Of a DNA stretch of 64,000 nt, positions 33,499 through 44,046 are shown piece after piece. Every line of letters starts with the position of its first letter. The first letter of the stretch is position 1. The notes beneath the pieces were generated by a model, which saw only the letters and a program-made list of their open reading frames with translations, was not told the origin of the DNA and searched no databases. The position numbers and the translations under genes were made by a program. This DNA is from an uncultured Candidatus Thioglobus sp. (GTDB taxonomy: Bacteria > Pseudomonadota > Gammaproteobacteria > PS1 > Pseudothioglobaceae): positions 13,360 through 77,359 of the forward strand of contig CAJQTP010000001.1 in NCBI GenBank assembly GCA_905620445.1, written 5' to 3'.

Positions 33499-34212
33499 TT
33501 ATGAGCAATCAAGATTGTCTAACTTGTATAGCAATGGTTTTGTTAAAGCTGAAAGCGAGACCCTCGGACGCCCTTCTTTATCAAAATTACTACTCAAAAG
33601 GAATTTCTTAAAACAATCTTCAACTTTTCCCCATTCCTTATCAATAATTGCAAACCAAGCTGTATCACGATTTTGGCCCTTTACGATAGCCATCTGCCTA
33701 AAGACGCCTTCATATGAAAAACCGAGCCTTTGGGCGGAGTTACGTGATCTCAGATTAAGAGCATTACACTTCCACTCATACCTTCTATAGCCATTATCAA
33801 ATGCCCACTTCATCATTAAAAACATTGCTTCAGTTGCTTCAGTCGTTCTTTGAAGAAGTGGGGAATAGTTTATATGACCAACTTCAATTAAACCATCAGC
33901 TGGATTAATTCTTAAATAACTTGCAATACCAATCGCTTTATTGAGTTTTTTACTAATAATTGCAAAAAAGACAGGGTCGTCATTTTTTTCAAATGACTCT
34001 ATCCATTTATAATATTCAGGCTCAGTTTCAAACGGTCCATAAGGAAGATAAGCCCAGTTAATAGCCTCCTTGTCTAGTGCATTAGACAAAAAAAGTTCTT
34101 CAGAATACTTGCTTGCTACCAAAGGTTTTAAGCTAACTAATTTTCCTTCAATTGAGATGCCTCTTGGATGTGGAGGCTCTGAAAAATTATTTACAATTTC
34201 ACCAAATTTCAT
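33499..34212 (-). CDS. GNAT family N-acetyltransferase (RimJ/RimL-like)
   Basis: 'IEVGHI', 'GYRRYEWKCNALN', 'RLGFSYEGVFRQ', 'NRDTAWF'. Confidence 0.88.
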   Translation of the reverse strand: MKFGEIVNNFSEPPHPRGISIEGKLVSLKPLVASKYSEELFLSNALDKEAINWAYLPYGPFETEPEYYKWIESFEKNDDPVFFAIISKKLNKAIGIASYLRINPADGLIEVGHINYSPLLQRTTEATEAMFLMMKWAFDNGYRRYEWKCNALNLRSRNSAQRLGFSYEGVFRQMAIVKGQNRDTAWFAIIDKEWGKVEDCFKKFLLSSNFDKEGRPRVSLSALTKPLLYKLDNLDCS

Positions 34213-34228
34213 AAATAAGTCCTTGAAA

Positions 34229-34672
34229 CTATTTTGACTGCATTTGATAAGTTACAAAATCGATTGTTCCTGAAATCTTATCATAAACTGCTCGCGCCCT
34301 ATGATTATCACTTGCAGTAATCCACCTAACATACGGCCAATCTTTCTTTTCAGCAAGTGACTTAAGCTCTCTAAATAAGGACTGAACCACGCCAGTGCCC
34401 CTGTAATCTGGATGAACATATAAGTCATCTAAAAAACCAATTAATGAGCCTCTTAATGGAGATGGCATTTCTCTAAAATGCATAAAACCAACTAAATTTC
34501 CCTGAGAAGATCTGGCACCAATAGCATAAAACTTATTTTCTTCATCAAATATCCATGACCAGACTGTATCAAGAATATCATCATTCATTGGCATTTTGTA
34601 AAAGTCAGCATAGCCTTGATAAAGTTCACGCCATTGTTCTTTATCATTTATTTTTAGACCCTCTACTTTCAT
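34229..34672 (-). CDS. GNAT family N-acetyltransferase
   Basis: 'LDDLYVHPDYRGTG' acetyl-CoA motif A; 'N.RARAVYDK'. Confidence 0.88.
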   Translation of the reverse strand: MKVEGLKINDKEQWRELYQGYADFYKMPMNDDILDTVWSWIFDEENKFYAIGARSSQGNLVGFMHFREMPSPLRGSLIGFLDDLYVHPDYRGTGVVQSLFRELKSLAEKKDWPYVRWITASDNHRARAVYDKISGTIDFVTYQMQSK

Positions 34673-35802
34673 TATGCCATTAATTGTTTAAAGGCAACCT
34701 CAAGCCTGCCCACAGCAGCATCAACATCTTTCAGTTTGTCTAGTCCAAATAAACCAAGTCTGAATGTTTGATAATCATCGCCTTCATCACACTTAAGAGG
34801 AACGCCAGCTGCAATTTGCATGCCCATATCTTTAAATTTTGCACCATTATGTATTTCTTTATCAGAGGTATAGCTCACAACAACTCCTGGGGCAAGAAAG
34901 CCATCAGCTGCTACACTAGTAAAATTATATTTACTAAGTAGGCCTCTTACTCTATCTCCAAGCTCTTGTTGTCTTTGACGTGCATTATCAAAACCAAATT
35001 CAGCAGTCTCATTAATAGTATCTCGAAAGTGCTTAATTGCATCTGTAGGCATTGTCGCATGGTAAGCATGCCCACCATTTTCATAGGCTTGCATAATTTG
35101 AAGCCACTTAAGAAGGTCACATGAATAGCTTGTACTTTTAGTATCATGAATCTTTTTAGAGGCATTTGATGAAAGCATTACCATTCCAAATGCTGGCGAT
35201 GCACTCCAGCCTTTTTGAGGTGCACTCACTAAAATATCAACACCAAGTTTCTCCATATCAACCCATATAGCGCCTGAAGCAATACAGTCCAAAACAAACA
35301 TTCCACCAACTGAGTGAACCGCTTCTGCAACAGTCTGAATGTATTCATCTGGAAGAATAATACCAGCCGACGTCTCCACATGAGGCGCAAAAACTATAGC
35401 TGGCTTTTGATTTTTAATTTGGTTTACAACTTCATTAACGTCAACAGGCGCAAATGGAGCTTGGAATCCATCACTAATTTTACTAGCTTTTAAGACTACT
35501 TGCTCAGACGGAATATCACCCATTTCAAGAATCTGAGACCAGCGATAACTAAACCACCCATTTCTCAAGACTAAACAATTTTTATCGGTTGCAAATTGAC
35601 GCGCAACTGCTTCCATTGAATAGGTTCCACCACCAGGAACTAAGACAACTGCTTCAGCGTTGTAAACCTTTTTAAGTGATGCAGAAACATTATTCATTAC
35701 AATCTGGAATGAATTAGACATGTGATTAAGAGATCTATCTGTATAGACTACTGAGTATTCTAAGAGTCCATCAGGATCAACATTTGGTAACAAGCCAGGC
35801 AT
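34672..35802 (-). CDS. Class V PLP aminotransferase (alanine-glyoxylate/serine-pyruvate family)
   Basis: 'PGGGT', 'HVETSAG', 'DCIASG', PLP-Lys in 'SAPQKGW', 'FRLGLFG'. Confidence 0.88.
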   Translation of the reverse strand: MPGLLPNVDPDGLLEYSVVYTDRSLNHMSNSFQIVMNNVSASLKKVYNAEAVVLVPGGGTYSMEAVARQFATDKNCLVLRNGWFSYRWSQILEMGDIPSEQVVLKASKISDGFQAPFAPVDVNEVVNQIKNQKPAIVFAPHVETSAGIILPDEYIQTVAEAVHSVGGMFVLDCIASGAIWVDMEKLGVDILVSAPQKGWSASPAFGMVMLSSNASKKIHDTKSTSYSCDLLKWLQIMQAYENGGHAYHATMPTDAIKHFRDTINETAEFGFDNARQRQQELGDRVRGLLSKYNFTSVAADGFLAPGVVVSYTSDKEIHNGAKFKDMGMQIAAGVPLKCDEGDDYQTFRLGLFGLDKLKDVDAAVGRLEVAFKQLMA

Positions 35803-35859
35803 TATTTACTCCTAAAATAAAACTAGAATCATACAACAAGTTGGACTTACAGTATGAAT

Positions 35860-36912
35860 TTAATCAGAAATAAACAATAAATCAATTTTTTCTTTAGAAG
35901 GATTTAAAACCACGCCTTTTTCAGTGATTAATCCAGTAACCAAATCTGCTGGCGTTACATCAAACGCGGGATTGCGAACTGAAACTCCCTTTGCCGCCCA
36001 TTGCATATCTTGATAGCCAGTTACCTCAGAGTTTGGCCTTTCCTCAATTGGAATATCAGCACCACTTGAAATTGATCTATCAATTGTTGAAAGTGGACAT
36101 GCTACATAAAAAGGGATATTGTGTCTTTTTGCTAAAACTGCTACCATATAAGTTCCAATTTTATTAGCTACATCTCCATTTCCTGCAACTCTATCTGTGC
36201 CAACAACTATTGCATCAACCTCACCATGACTCATTAAGTGGCCTGACATATTGTCTGAAATTAAAGTTACTGGAATTCCTTCTTGTACCATCTCCCATGC
36301 TGTCAACCGAGCCCCTTGCAAAAATGGACGAGTTTCATCTGCAATAACAGAAATTTTTTTACCAGACTCGACCGCAGACCTTATTACTCCTAATGCAGTC
36401 CCATGACCAGCGGTTGCAAGAGCACCAGCATTACAATGAGTTAAAACATTAGATCCATCAGAAAGTAACTCTGCACCAAAACTTCCCATCATTCGATTAA
36501 TTTTGATATCTTCGGCCTTAATGTTATGCGCCTCTTCTAACAATATCATCGCTAACTCTCTTGGAGCTATATTGTGATTATCTTTAATTATTAATTGCAT
36601 CCTGTTAACTGCCCAAAAAAGATTGATTGCAGTTGGCCGACTTTCGAGTAATATTTTGCAAGCATCTCTCATGCCACTTAAAAAATCTTCTTTATTAAGA
36701 CTTTGAATTTTTATCGCCTCAAGGGCAACCCCATATGCTGCAGCACAACCAATAGCAGGAGCACCTCTAACAACCATTGAGCGAATGCCATCAGCTACTG
36801 ATTTAGCAGAATTATATGAAATATAACTAAATTCAGAAGGAAGCACTCTTTGATCTATCATCTCAAAATGGTTATCTACCCACCTCAAGGTTTCTATATT
36901 TTTTTCATTCAT
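35860..36912 (-). CDS. mtnA: S-methyl-5-thioribose-1-phosphate isomerase
   Basis: 'MVVRGAPAIG', 'SRPTAINL', 'THCNAGALAT', 'ETRPFLQGARLT', 'NKIGTY', 'NPAFDVT'. Confidence 0.96.
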   Translation of the reverse strand: MNEKNIETLRWVDNHFEMIDQRVLPSEFSYISYNSAKSVADGIRSMVVRGAPAIGCAAAYGVALEAIKIQSLNKEDFLSGMRDACKILLESRPTAINLFWAVNRMQLIIKDNHNIAPRELAMILLEEAHNIKAEDIKINRMMGSFGAELLSDGSNVLTHCNAGALATAGHGTALGVIRSAVESGKKISVIADETRPFLQGARLTAWEMVQEGIPVTLISDNMSGHLMSHGEVDAIVVGTDRVAGNGDVANKIGTYMVAVLAKRHNIPFYVACPLSTIDRSISSGADIPIEERPNSEVTGYQDMQWAAKGVSVRNPAFDVTPADLVTGLITEKGVVLNPSKEKIDLLFISD

Positions 36913-37440
36913 TTATTCGCCCTCAAATTCACAAAGAGTAAAAACCTTTTGCCCTATCTTCTCTAATCTTGTCCTGCCACCAATATCAGGTAAATCGACT
37001 ATAAAACAACACTCTACAATCTCGCCCTGCATTTTTTCAACTAATCTAACTGCGGCCTCAACCGTTCCACCTGTTGCAATCAAATCATCTACAATCAATA
37101 TTTTTTCGCCTTTTTCAATTGCATCGTCATGCACCTCAATACGATCTGAACCATATTCTAACTCATACTCCTGATCAATAGTTTTTGCAGGCAGTTTTCC
37201 TGGCTTTCTTATCAAAACAAGACCTATATTTAAAAGATATGCTAATGGCGCTCCTAATAGAAACCCACGCGCTTCAATAGCAGCGATTTTATCAATTTTC
37301 ATATCTTTATAACGCTCTACAAGTAAATCAATTGCCTCATGAAGCCCATTGGGATCTTTAAATAAAGTAGTAATATCTCTAAACATTACTCCATCAATTG
37401 GGTAATTTTCAATCGTTCTAATTTTTGATTTAATTGACAT
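36913..37440 (-). CDS. apt: Adenine phosphoribosyltransferase
   Basis: 'FRDIT', 'EARGF', 'RKPGKLP', 'LEYG', 'VDDLIATGGT'. Confidence 0.97.
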   Translation of the reverse strand: MSIKSKIRTIENYPIDGVMFRDITTLFKDPNGLHEAIDLLVERYKDMKIDKIAAIEARGFLLGAPLAYLLNIGLVLIRKPGKLPAKTIDQEYELEYGSDRIEVHDDAIEKGEKILIVDDLIATGGTVEAAVRLVEKMQGEIVECCFIVDLPDIGGRTRLEKIGQKVFTLCEFEGE

Positions 37441-37456
37441 ATTTTTTTAAATTTAA

Positions 37457-38335
37457 TTAATTGAATAATCGGCCTGCAACTGCATCTAATTTTTTTACCA
37501 GCTCTTTATCACGAGCATCCAGAGAAGTGATGATGGCATTTTCAAGACTAGACTTGCAAGAGCAATTACTACTTAATTGATCAGAAAATATGGCCTCAGA
37601 GGATGCCTTAACAAGAGACCTTGCATTATCAGCATTAGCACTTAATACTTTAATCATGGCATCTACACTGACATTATCATGCTCAGTGTGCCAGCAATCG
37701 TAATCAGTTACCATTGCTACTGAAACGTAACACATTTCAGCTTCTCTAGCTAACTTCGCCTCAGGCATATTAGTCATCCCAACAACATCACAACCCCAGC
37801 TACGATATAGCTCTGACTCTGCTATAGATGAAAATTGTGGACCTTCCATCGCTATATAGACTCCACCTCTAACTATTTCAATACCAATACTTTTTGCTGC
37901 ACTTTGAATGTGGTTTCCCAATCTATTACAAACAGGACTAGCCATAGAGACATGGGCAACAAGGCCTGATGTAAAAAAACTTTTTTCTCTTGCAAATGTT
38001 CTGTCAATAAATTGATCTACGATGACAAACATACCTGGCTTTAACTCTTCCTTTAAAGATCCTACAGCACTAACAGATATAATTTCAGAAACTCCCGCCC
38101 TTTTCAGCGCATCAATATTAGCTCGGTAATTAATTTCAGATGGAGGAATTCGATGACCTCTTCCATGTCTAGGCAAAAAAACCATTTCTTGTCCATTTAA
38201 GTCGCCAAAAAGAAGCTCGTCGGATGGCTCTCCAAAAGAAGATGACACTTTTTTCCAGCGCTTATTTTGAAGTCCATCAATTTCATATACTCCACTTCCA
38301 CCTATTACCCCAAGAACAGATTTCAAATCACTCAT
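37457..38335 (-). CDS. mtnP: S-methyl-5'-thioadenosine phosphorylase
   Basis: 'IGGSG', 'RHGRGH', 'EGPQFS', 'GMTNMPEAKLAREAE', 'TDYDCW'. Confidence 0.95.
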   Translation of the reverse strand: MSDLKSVLGVIGGSGVYEIDGLQNKRWKKVSSSFGEPSDELLFGDLNGQEMVFLPRHGRGHRIPPSEINYRANIDALKRAGVSEIISVSAVGSLKEELKPGMFVIVDQFIDRTFAREKSFFTSGLVAHVSMASPVCNRLGNHIQSAAKSIGIEIVRGGVYIAMEGPQFSSIAESELYRSWGCDVVGMTNMPEAKLAREAEMCYVSVAMVTDYDCWHTEHDNVSVDAMIKVLSANADNARSLVKASSEAIFSDQLSSNCSCKSSLENAIITSLDARDKELVKKLDAVAGRLFN

Positions 38336-38356
38336 GCTTTATCCTTAATAAAAAAA

Positions 38357-40330
38357 CTAAATTACTCTTTCATTACCGCCATCAATAGGGATTTGCGCGG
38401 CAGTAGTTTTAGAAAATAACTCCCCACACAATTCTGCTGCTAGTTCAGATACGTCTTTACTATAAACCTCGACACCAAGTATATTATTTGTTTTATATTC
38501 TTTAACCGTAAGATTATATTGCTTAGCCCTTGACTTAAGAACTTCATCTGTCCATATTCCAGTATCAAATACTGCATTAGGATGAATCGTATTTAAGCGA
38601 ATACCATGCTCACCCCACTCCATGGATAATACTCGCATAAGTTGATTTAACGCTGCCTTTGAGGCTGAGTATGCAGCTGCTCCCGGGCCAGGGGCAGAAA
38701 CATTTTTTGAGCCAATAATTACAACTCGACCATTATTTGGAGCGGCTTGCAATAAAGGGAATACTGTTCGAAGTATATTTAAATTTGCATCAAGATTGAC
38801 AGAAAAAACATCCCTCCACTCTTCTAATGGCAATTCATAAACTTTTTTTCCCTTTGGAAACATACCCGCATTCAAAACAATCATATCAAGCCCACCAAAA
38901 TACTGGACGCCTTTCTCAATCAATTCTTCTAAAGCATTTTCATTAGTTACGTCACAAATCAATCCTAAATAGTTTTTATGGCTATTAGCAGTTTCGATTG
39001 AAGGATCTAAGTCTAATGCAATTACTGCAGAACCCCTCCTAAGAAAAGATTCTACACATGCTTTTCCAATGCCCGAAGCTGCTCCAGTAATTAAAACAAC
39101 TTCGCCTTCAAAAGCTAAAGAGCTTTTATTTTTAAGTAATTTTGCTTGCTCTAAATCCCAGTACTCTAAATCAAATATATCATTGGCAGGAAGTGCTTGA
39201 AAGCCACCCAATTTTTCTGCCCTAAGAATACTTTCCATTGTATGCTCGTATATATCCGAAATAATACCTATCTCTGACATATTTTTACCTACAGCGCAGA
39301 GTCCAAAATCCTTATCTAAAATAACCCTTGGAGCAGAATCAAGCACTGTCTTTCTTGCCTTAGCATTAATTTCATTTTTACTAAAATAAGAGGCATATTC
39401 TTCATTATATTTATTCACATCTCGCCCAATCATGGGTATTCGTTTGGTACGAATCACATGATCTGGAGTCAAAGGACCTCTAGTTGCTATTTCATTTACA
39501 TCTTTTCTATTAGAGAAACTTAGGCCTAGTTGACTATTAGTAAGGCTCATTAATACAGGCTTTCCAACAATCAAAGAAATTTTTTGCCTTAACTTTGCCA
39601 CTTGATTTCTTATTGTTTTTACTGAAAAGTTAGTTTTTGATTTATCAATATCCCAAGCATTTTTACTTACTAAATAGCTTTCAGCCTCATTCACAAGACT
39701 AATCATACGATCATATGACTCCTTTGCATTATCTCCAAAAGAAAATATGCCATGATTCATCAGAATCATTCCTTCAGTTTTATCTGTGGAATGCTCTGAA
39801 AAGATCCGCGCAACATCTTTAGCCAAATCAAACCCTGGCATTACGTAAGGAATAATAACAACTCGATCGCCGTAAATTTCTCTTATTCGATCTTCTCCTG
39901 CTGTGGTATTTGTAATTGTCACTACCGCATCAGCATGAGTGTGGTCAACATATTTAAAGGGTAATATTGCATGCAAAATTGTCTCAACAGAAGGCGTAGG
40001 AGATGATGCATTAGTTAATTGAGTTTTTAGCTCATTAACCATTTGTGGGTCTGATAGAGAGTCTAATTTAGCTAGACTTAACATATGATTCATTCGGACT
40101 GGAGAAAAGCCTGCTAATTCAATAAACTCTAGATCCCAGCCACTTCCTTTTACATACAGAATTTCTTCCTGATTTCCCACAATATTACTTTCACTAATTT
40201 TGACTGACGTGTTACCACCTCCATGGAGAACTAATGTTGAGTCTTGCCCAAGTAATCTAGATGTATAAACTCGTAATGCTAACTCGCCCTCGAATAATGT
40301 TGAATCAGCATCAGACCATAAATTTTTCAT
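38357..40330 (-). CDS. Bifunctional class II aldolase / short-chain dehydrogenase
   Basis: N-terminal: 'GGGNTSVK', 'KGSG', 'PSVETILH', 'HTH', 'NHG'. C-terminal SDR: 'TGAASGIG', 'NAG', 'YSASK' (YxxxK), 'IDGG'. Confidence 0.92.
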   Translation of the reverse strand: MKNLWSDADSTLFEGELALRVYTSRLLGQDSTLVLHGGGNTSVKISESNIVGNQEEILYVKGSGWDLEFIELAGFSPVRMNHMLSLAKLDSLSDPQMVNELKTQLTNASSPTPSVETILHAILPFKYVDHTHADAVVTITNTTAGEDRIREIYGDRVVIIPYVMPGFDLAKDVARIFSEHSTDKTEGMILMNHGIFSFGDNAKESYDRMISLVNEAESYLVSKNAWDIDKSKTNFSVKTIRNQVAKLRQKISLIVGKPVLMSLTNSQLGLSFSNRKDVNEIATRGPLTPDHVIRTKRIPMIGRDVNKYNEEYASYFSKNEINAKARKTVLDSAPRVILDKDFGLCAVGKNMSEIGIISDIYEHTMESILRAEKLGGFQALPANDIFDLEYWDLEQAKLLKNKSSLAFEGEVVLITGAASGIGKACVESFLRRGSAVIALDLDPSIETANSHKNYLGLICDVTNENALEELIEKGVQYFGGLDMIVLNAGMFPKGKKVYELPLEEWRDVFSVNLDANLNILRTVFPLLQAAPNNGRVVIIGSKNVSAPGPGAAAYSASKAALNQLMRVLSMEWGEHGIRLNTIHPNAVFDTGIWTDEVLKSRAKQYNLTVKEYKTNNILGVEVYSKDVSELAAELCGELFSKTTAAQIPIDGGNERVI

Positions 40331-40806
40331 TAGATATATTGCACTTCAAGAATTTCATATATTATATCGCCAATTGGCGCTTTAACTATAACTTCATCGC
40401 CCTCTTCATTGCCTAGCAAGGCTTTGGAGATTGGAGAGTGGCATGAAATTTTACCAAGCTTGATGTCAGCCTCATCCTCACCAACAATTTGATAAGTGAT
40501 TTTAGTATCGTCAGAAAGATTTAAAAGTTTAACTGTGGTGCCAAATACGCAACGGCCATCCTGATTAAGATGCTTAACATCTATGACTTGCAAACGAGAC
40601 AACTTAGATTCAATATCTTGAATTCTTCCTTCAATAAAACCTTGCTCTTCTTTAGCGGCGTGATATTCAGCATTCTCTTTTAAATCTCCGTGTTCTCTGG
40701 CCGTAGCAATATCACTTACTATTCTTGGACGTTCCTGATCTTTAAGTCTTAGTAACTCAACTTCAAGAGCTTTTGCACCTCCAACAGTTATAGGTATTGT
40801 ATCCAT
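40330..40806 (-). CDS. greA: Transcription elongation factor GreA
   Basis: '[12 protein letters not shown]', 'IVGEDE', 'SPISKAL'. Confidence 0.97.
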   Translation of the reverse strand: MDTIPITVGGAKALEVELLRLKDQERPRIVSDIATAREHGDLKENAEYHAAKEEQGFIEGRIQDIESKLSRLQVIDVKHLNQDGRCVFGTTVKLLNLSDDTKITYQIVGEDEADIKLGKISCHSPISKALLGNEEGDEVIVKAPIGDIIYEILEVQYI

Positions 40807-40811
40807 AAAAT

Positions 40812-43800
40812 TTATTTGTGTATAGATTGTAAAGATCTAACAACTTGCTTGTCAGGACTCATTAGTCCATCGAGCATAGCAAATGCTGCAGCAACAGTTG
40901 TTGTGCATGGAACCTTATGAATTAATGCTTGGCATCGAATCGCCGTAGCATCTTCAAGGCCTTGAGTATCATCAGTTGAATTAATAATTAAACTGATTTC
41001 ATCATTTTTAATCGCATCAACAATGTGCGGCGAACCCTCTGAAACTTTATTAACCATTGTACATTCAAGGCCAGCTTGTTTGAGAATTTCTTGGTTCGTG
41101 CGCGTTGCAATAATTTCAAAACCATGACTAATTAGTCTTTGACCTAACTCCACAAGCCGCCCCCTATCTAGAGTCCGAAGACTGACTAAAACCTTTCCAG
41201 AAGTGGGAATTATATCGCCCGCAGCAAGAAAAGCCTTATCAAATGCTGAAGGAAAATCAGGACCAACCCCCATAACTTCACCAGTTGATCTCATTTCTGG
41301 ACCTAAAAATGGATCAACTCCTAGAAATTTATTGAATGGAAAAACTGACTCTTTGACTGAGAAATGCTTGGGAATAACCTCCGAAGTAAAGTTTTGCTCT
41401 TCTAAAGATATTCCAGCCATTACACGCGCAGCAATATTAGCGATTGGAACTCCAGTTGCTTTAGAAACAAATGGAACGGTTCTAGAAGCCCTTGGATTTA
41501 CTTCAATTACATAAATCTCACCATCTTGATATGCAAGTTGCGTATTCATTAAACCAATTACATTAAGCTCTTTGGCCATTAGTTTAACTTGTCTTCTCAT
41601 CTCATCGAGAACGTTAACAGGAAGTGAGTGAGGTGGTAATGAACATGCAGAGTCTCCAGAATGAATTCCCGCCTGCTCAATATGTTCCATAATTCCGCCA
41701 ATAACGATGTCTTTACCATCACTTATTACGTCAATATCAACTTCAATTGCATGGTCTAAAAATGAATCTAACAATACAGGAGAGTCGTTAGAAACCTGAA
41801 CTGCTGTTTTCATGTAACGCTCTAAATTTTCCTTGTTATAAACAATTTCCATCGCGCGACCACCTAGAACATATGAAGGTCTTACAACTAGAGGAAATCC
41901 AATAGAATCTGCAATCTTAACTGCCTCTTCTTGTGATCGAGCGGTGCCATTTACAGGTTGCTTAAGATTAAGTTTTTGAATCATCTTTTGAAAGCGCTCT
42001 CTATCTTCAGCAAGATCAATCGAATCTGGGCTAGTGCCTATAATTTTTGCTCCGCTTTTTTCAAGTGCTGCGGCAAGTTTGAGTGGCGTCTGTCCACCAT
42101 AATGAACAATAACTCCCTCAGGCTTTTCAACGTCAATTACTGCTAAAACATCTTCAAGAGTTAGTGGCTCAAAATACAACCTATCCGATACGTCATAATC
42201 CGTAGAAACTGTTTCTGGATTACAGTTAACCATAATAGTTTCAAATCCATCTTTTTGGAGAGCTAGGGATGCATGAACACAGCAATAATCGAATTCTATT
42301 CCTTGTCCAATTCTATTTGGACCGCCACCCAAAATCATAATCTTTTTATTGCTTGTGGGTTTTGCCTCACACTCAGACTGATAGGTGGAATACAGATACG
42401 CTGTTTGTGTATCAAACTCAGCAGCGCAGCTATCTACTCTCTTAAAAACTGGCTTAATATCTAAAGATATTCTTTTATCTCTAAAAGCATCTTCAGTGCA
42501 ATTTAGAAGCTCTGATAATCGTTTATCTGAAAAACCTTTTTGCTTTAATTTGTAAATTTTTTCAGCATTAATTTTGCCTAGATCAGAGCCTTCAATTCTT
42601 TTTTCTGTTAGAACGAGATCTTCAACTTGGGTTAAAAACCAAGGGTCAATTTTCGAAAGATCAAAAGCTTCTTGTATACTCATACCCATTCTGAATGCAT
42701 CAGCTAAGTAGAATATTCTATCCGCGCCAGCAGATAAGAGCTCGCTCCTAATTTTTCCTTTAGCATCTTCTGCAGTAATATCCACAATTGGGTCTAGACC
42801 TGATTTGTCTGTTTCAAGACCTCTAATAGCTTTTTGAAATGACTCTTGAAAAGTTGAGCCCATTGCCATCACCTCGCCTACAGACTTCATTTGAGTTGTA
42901 AGTCGGTCATCGGCTTGAGGAAATTTTTCAAAAGCAAATCTTGGGATTTTTGTAACAACATAATCAATAGATGGCTCAAATGATGCAGGCGTCTTACCGC
43001 CTGTAATATCATTATCTAATTCATCAAGCGTGTACCCAACTGCTAATTTAGCCGCTACTTTTGCAATAGGAAATCCAGTTGCCTTTGATGCCAGCGCGGA
43101 TGATCTAGAAACTCTCGGATTCATCTCAATGATCGTTAATCTTCCATTCTCAGGATTAACAGCAAATTGAACATTAGAGCCTCCAGTATCGACTCCAATT
43201 TCCCTAAGAACCATAAGTGAAGCGTTTCGCATTACTTGGTATTCTTTATCGGTCAAAGTTTGAGCTGGAGCAACCGTTATTGAGTCACCTGTATGGATTC
43301 CCATTGGGTCAAAATTCTCAATAGCACAAATGATAATACAGTTATCCTTACTATCTCTAACAACCTCCATTTCAAACTCTTTCCAGCCTAAGATTGATTC
43401 TTCAATTAAGAGCTCATTAGTGGGTGATAAATCAAGTCCTCGCTGACATATTTCTATAAATTGCTCTTTATTGTAAGCAATTCCACCGCCAGAACCACCC
43501 ATTGTAAATGACGGCCTAATAATGGTTGGATAGCCGACTTGCTCTTGAACCTTAAGAGCTTCATCAATAGTATGTGCAATGGCTGCCTTTGGCATATCAA
43601 GGCCAATTTTTAACATGGCTTGGCGAAATAATTCTCTATCTTCTGCCTTATCAATGGCCTCTTTATTTGCACCAATCATCTCAACATTATGCTTTTCTAA
43701 TACGCCATGACGATCCAGATCTAACGCGCAATTAAGTGCTGTCTGGCCACCCATAGTTGGTAGCAAGGCATCAGGCTTTTCTTTTTCAATAATTTTTTCA

Positions 43801-44021
43801 ACTGTCCTCCACTCGATTGGCTCGATATAAGTAGCGTCAGCCATTTTAGGATCAGTCATAATGGTTGCAGGATTTGAATTTACCAAAATTACTCGATATC
43901 CCTCTTCTCGAAGAGCCTTACATGCTTGGGCTCCAGAGTAGTCAAACTCACAAGCTTGTCCAATAACAATTGGCCCTGCTCCAATAATTAAAATACTTTT
44001 AATGTCGTGTCTTTTTGGCAT
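40812..44021 (-). CDS. carB: Carbamoyl-phosphate synthase large subunit
   Basis: 'MPKR...[17 protein letters not shown]', duplicated ATP-grasp halves, '[14 protein letters not shown]', MGS domain. Confidence 0.98.
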   Translation of the reverse strand: MPKRHDIKSILIIGAGPIVIGQACEFDYSGAQACKALREEGYRVILVNSNPATIMTDPKMADATYIEPIEWRTVEKIIEKEKPDALLPTMGGQTALNCALDLDRHGVLEKHNVEMIGANKEAIDKAEDRELFRQAMLKIGLDMPKAAIAHTIDEALKVQEQVGYPTIIRPSFTMGGSGGGIAYNKEQFIEICQRGLDLSPTNELLIEESILGWKEFEMEVVRDSKDNCIIICAIENFDPMGIHTGDSITVAPAQTLTDKEYQVMRNASLMVLREIGVDTGGSNVQFAVNPENGRLTIIEMNPRVSRSSALASKATGFPIAKVAAKLAVGYTLDELDNDITGGKTPASFEPSIDYVVTKIPRFAFEKFPQADDRLTTQMKSVGEVMAMGSTFQESFQKAIRGLETDKSGLDPIVDITAEDAKGKIRSELLSAGADRIFYLADAFRMGMSIQEAFDLSKIDPWFLTQVEDLVLTEKRIEGSDLGKINAEKIYKLKQKGFSDKRLSELLNCTEDAFRDKRISLDIKPVFKRVDSCAAEFDTQTAYLYSTYQSECEAKPTSNKKIMILGGGPNRIGQGIEFDYCCVHASLALQKDGFETIMVNCNPETVSTDYDVSDRLYFEPLTLEDVLAVIDVEKPEGVIVHYGGQTPLKLAAALEKSGAKIIGTSPDSIDLAEDRERFQKMIQKLNLKQPVNGTARSQEEAVKIADSIGFPLVVRPSYVLGGRAMEIVYNKENLERYMKTAVQVSNDSPVLLDSFLDHAIEVDIDVISDGKDIVIGGIMEHIEQAGIHSGDSACSLPPHSLPVNVLDEMRRQVKLMAKELNVIGLMNTQLAYQDGEIYVIEVNPRASRTVPFVSKATGVPIANIAARVMAGISLEEQNFTSEVIPKHFSVKESVFPFNKFLGVDPFLGPEMRSTGEVMGVGPDFPSAFDKAFLAAGDIIPTSGKVLVSLRTLDRGRLVELGQRLISHGFEIIATRTNQEILKQAGLECTMVNKVSEGSPHIVDAIKNDEISLIINSTDDTQGLEDATAIRCQALIHKVPCTTTVAAAFAMLDGLMSPDKQVVRSLQSIHK

Positions 44022-44046
44022 GTTTATTTAAATGTAAGATTTAATT

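Noticed and set aside
38357-40330. Rhamnose catabolism (RhaD/RhaEW) as the default annotation
   Set aside because: No rhamnose isomerase, kinase, mutarotase or transporter nearby, and the neighbours are MTA-salvage genes. Not excluded biochemically.
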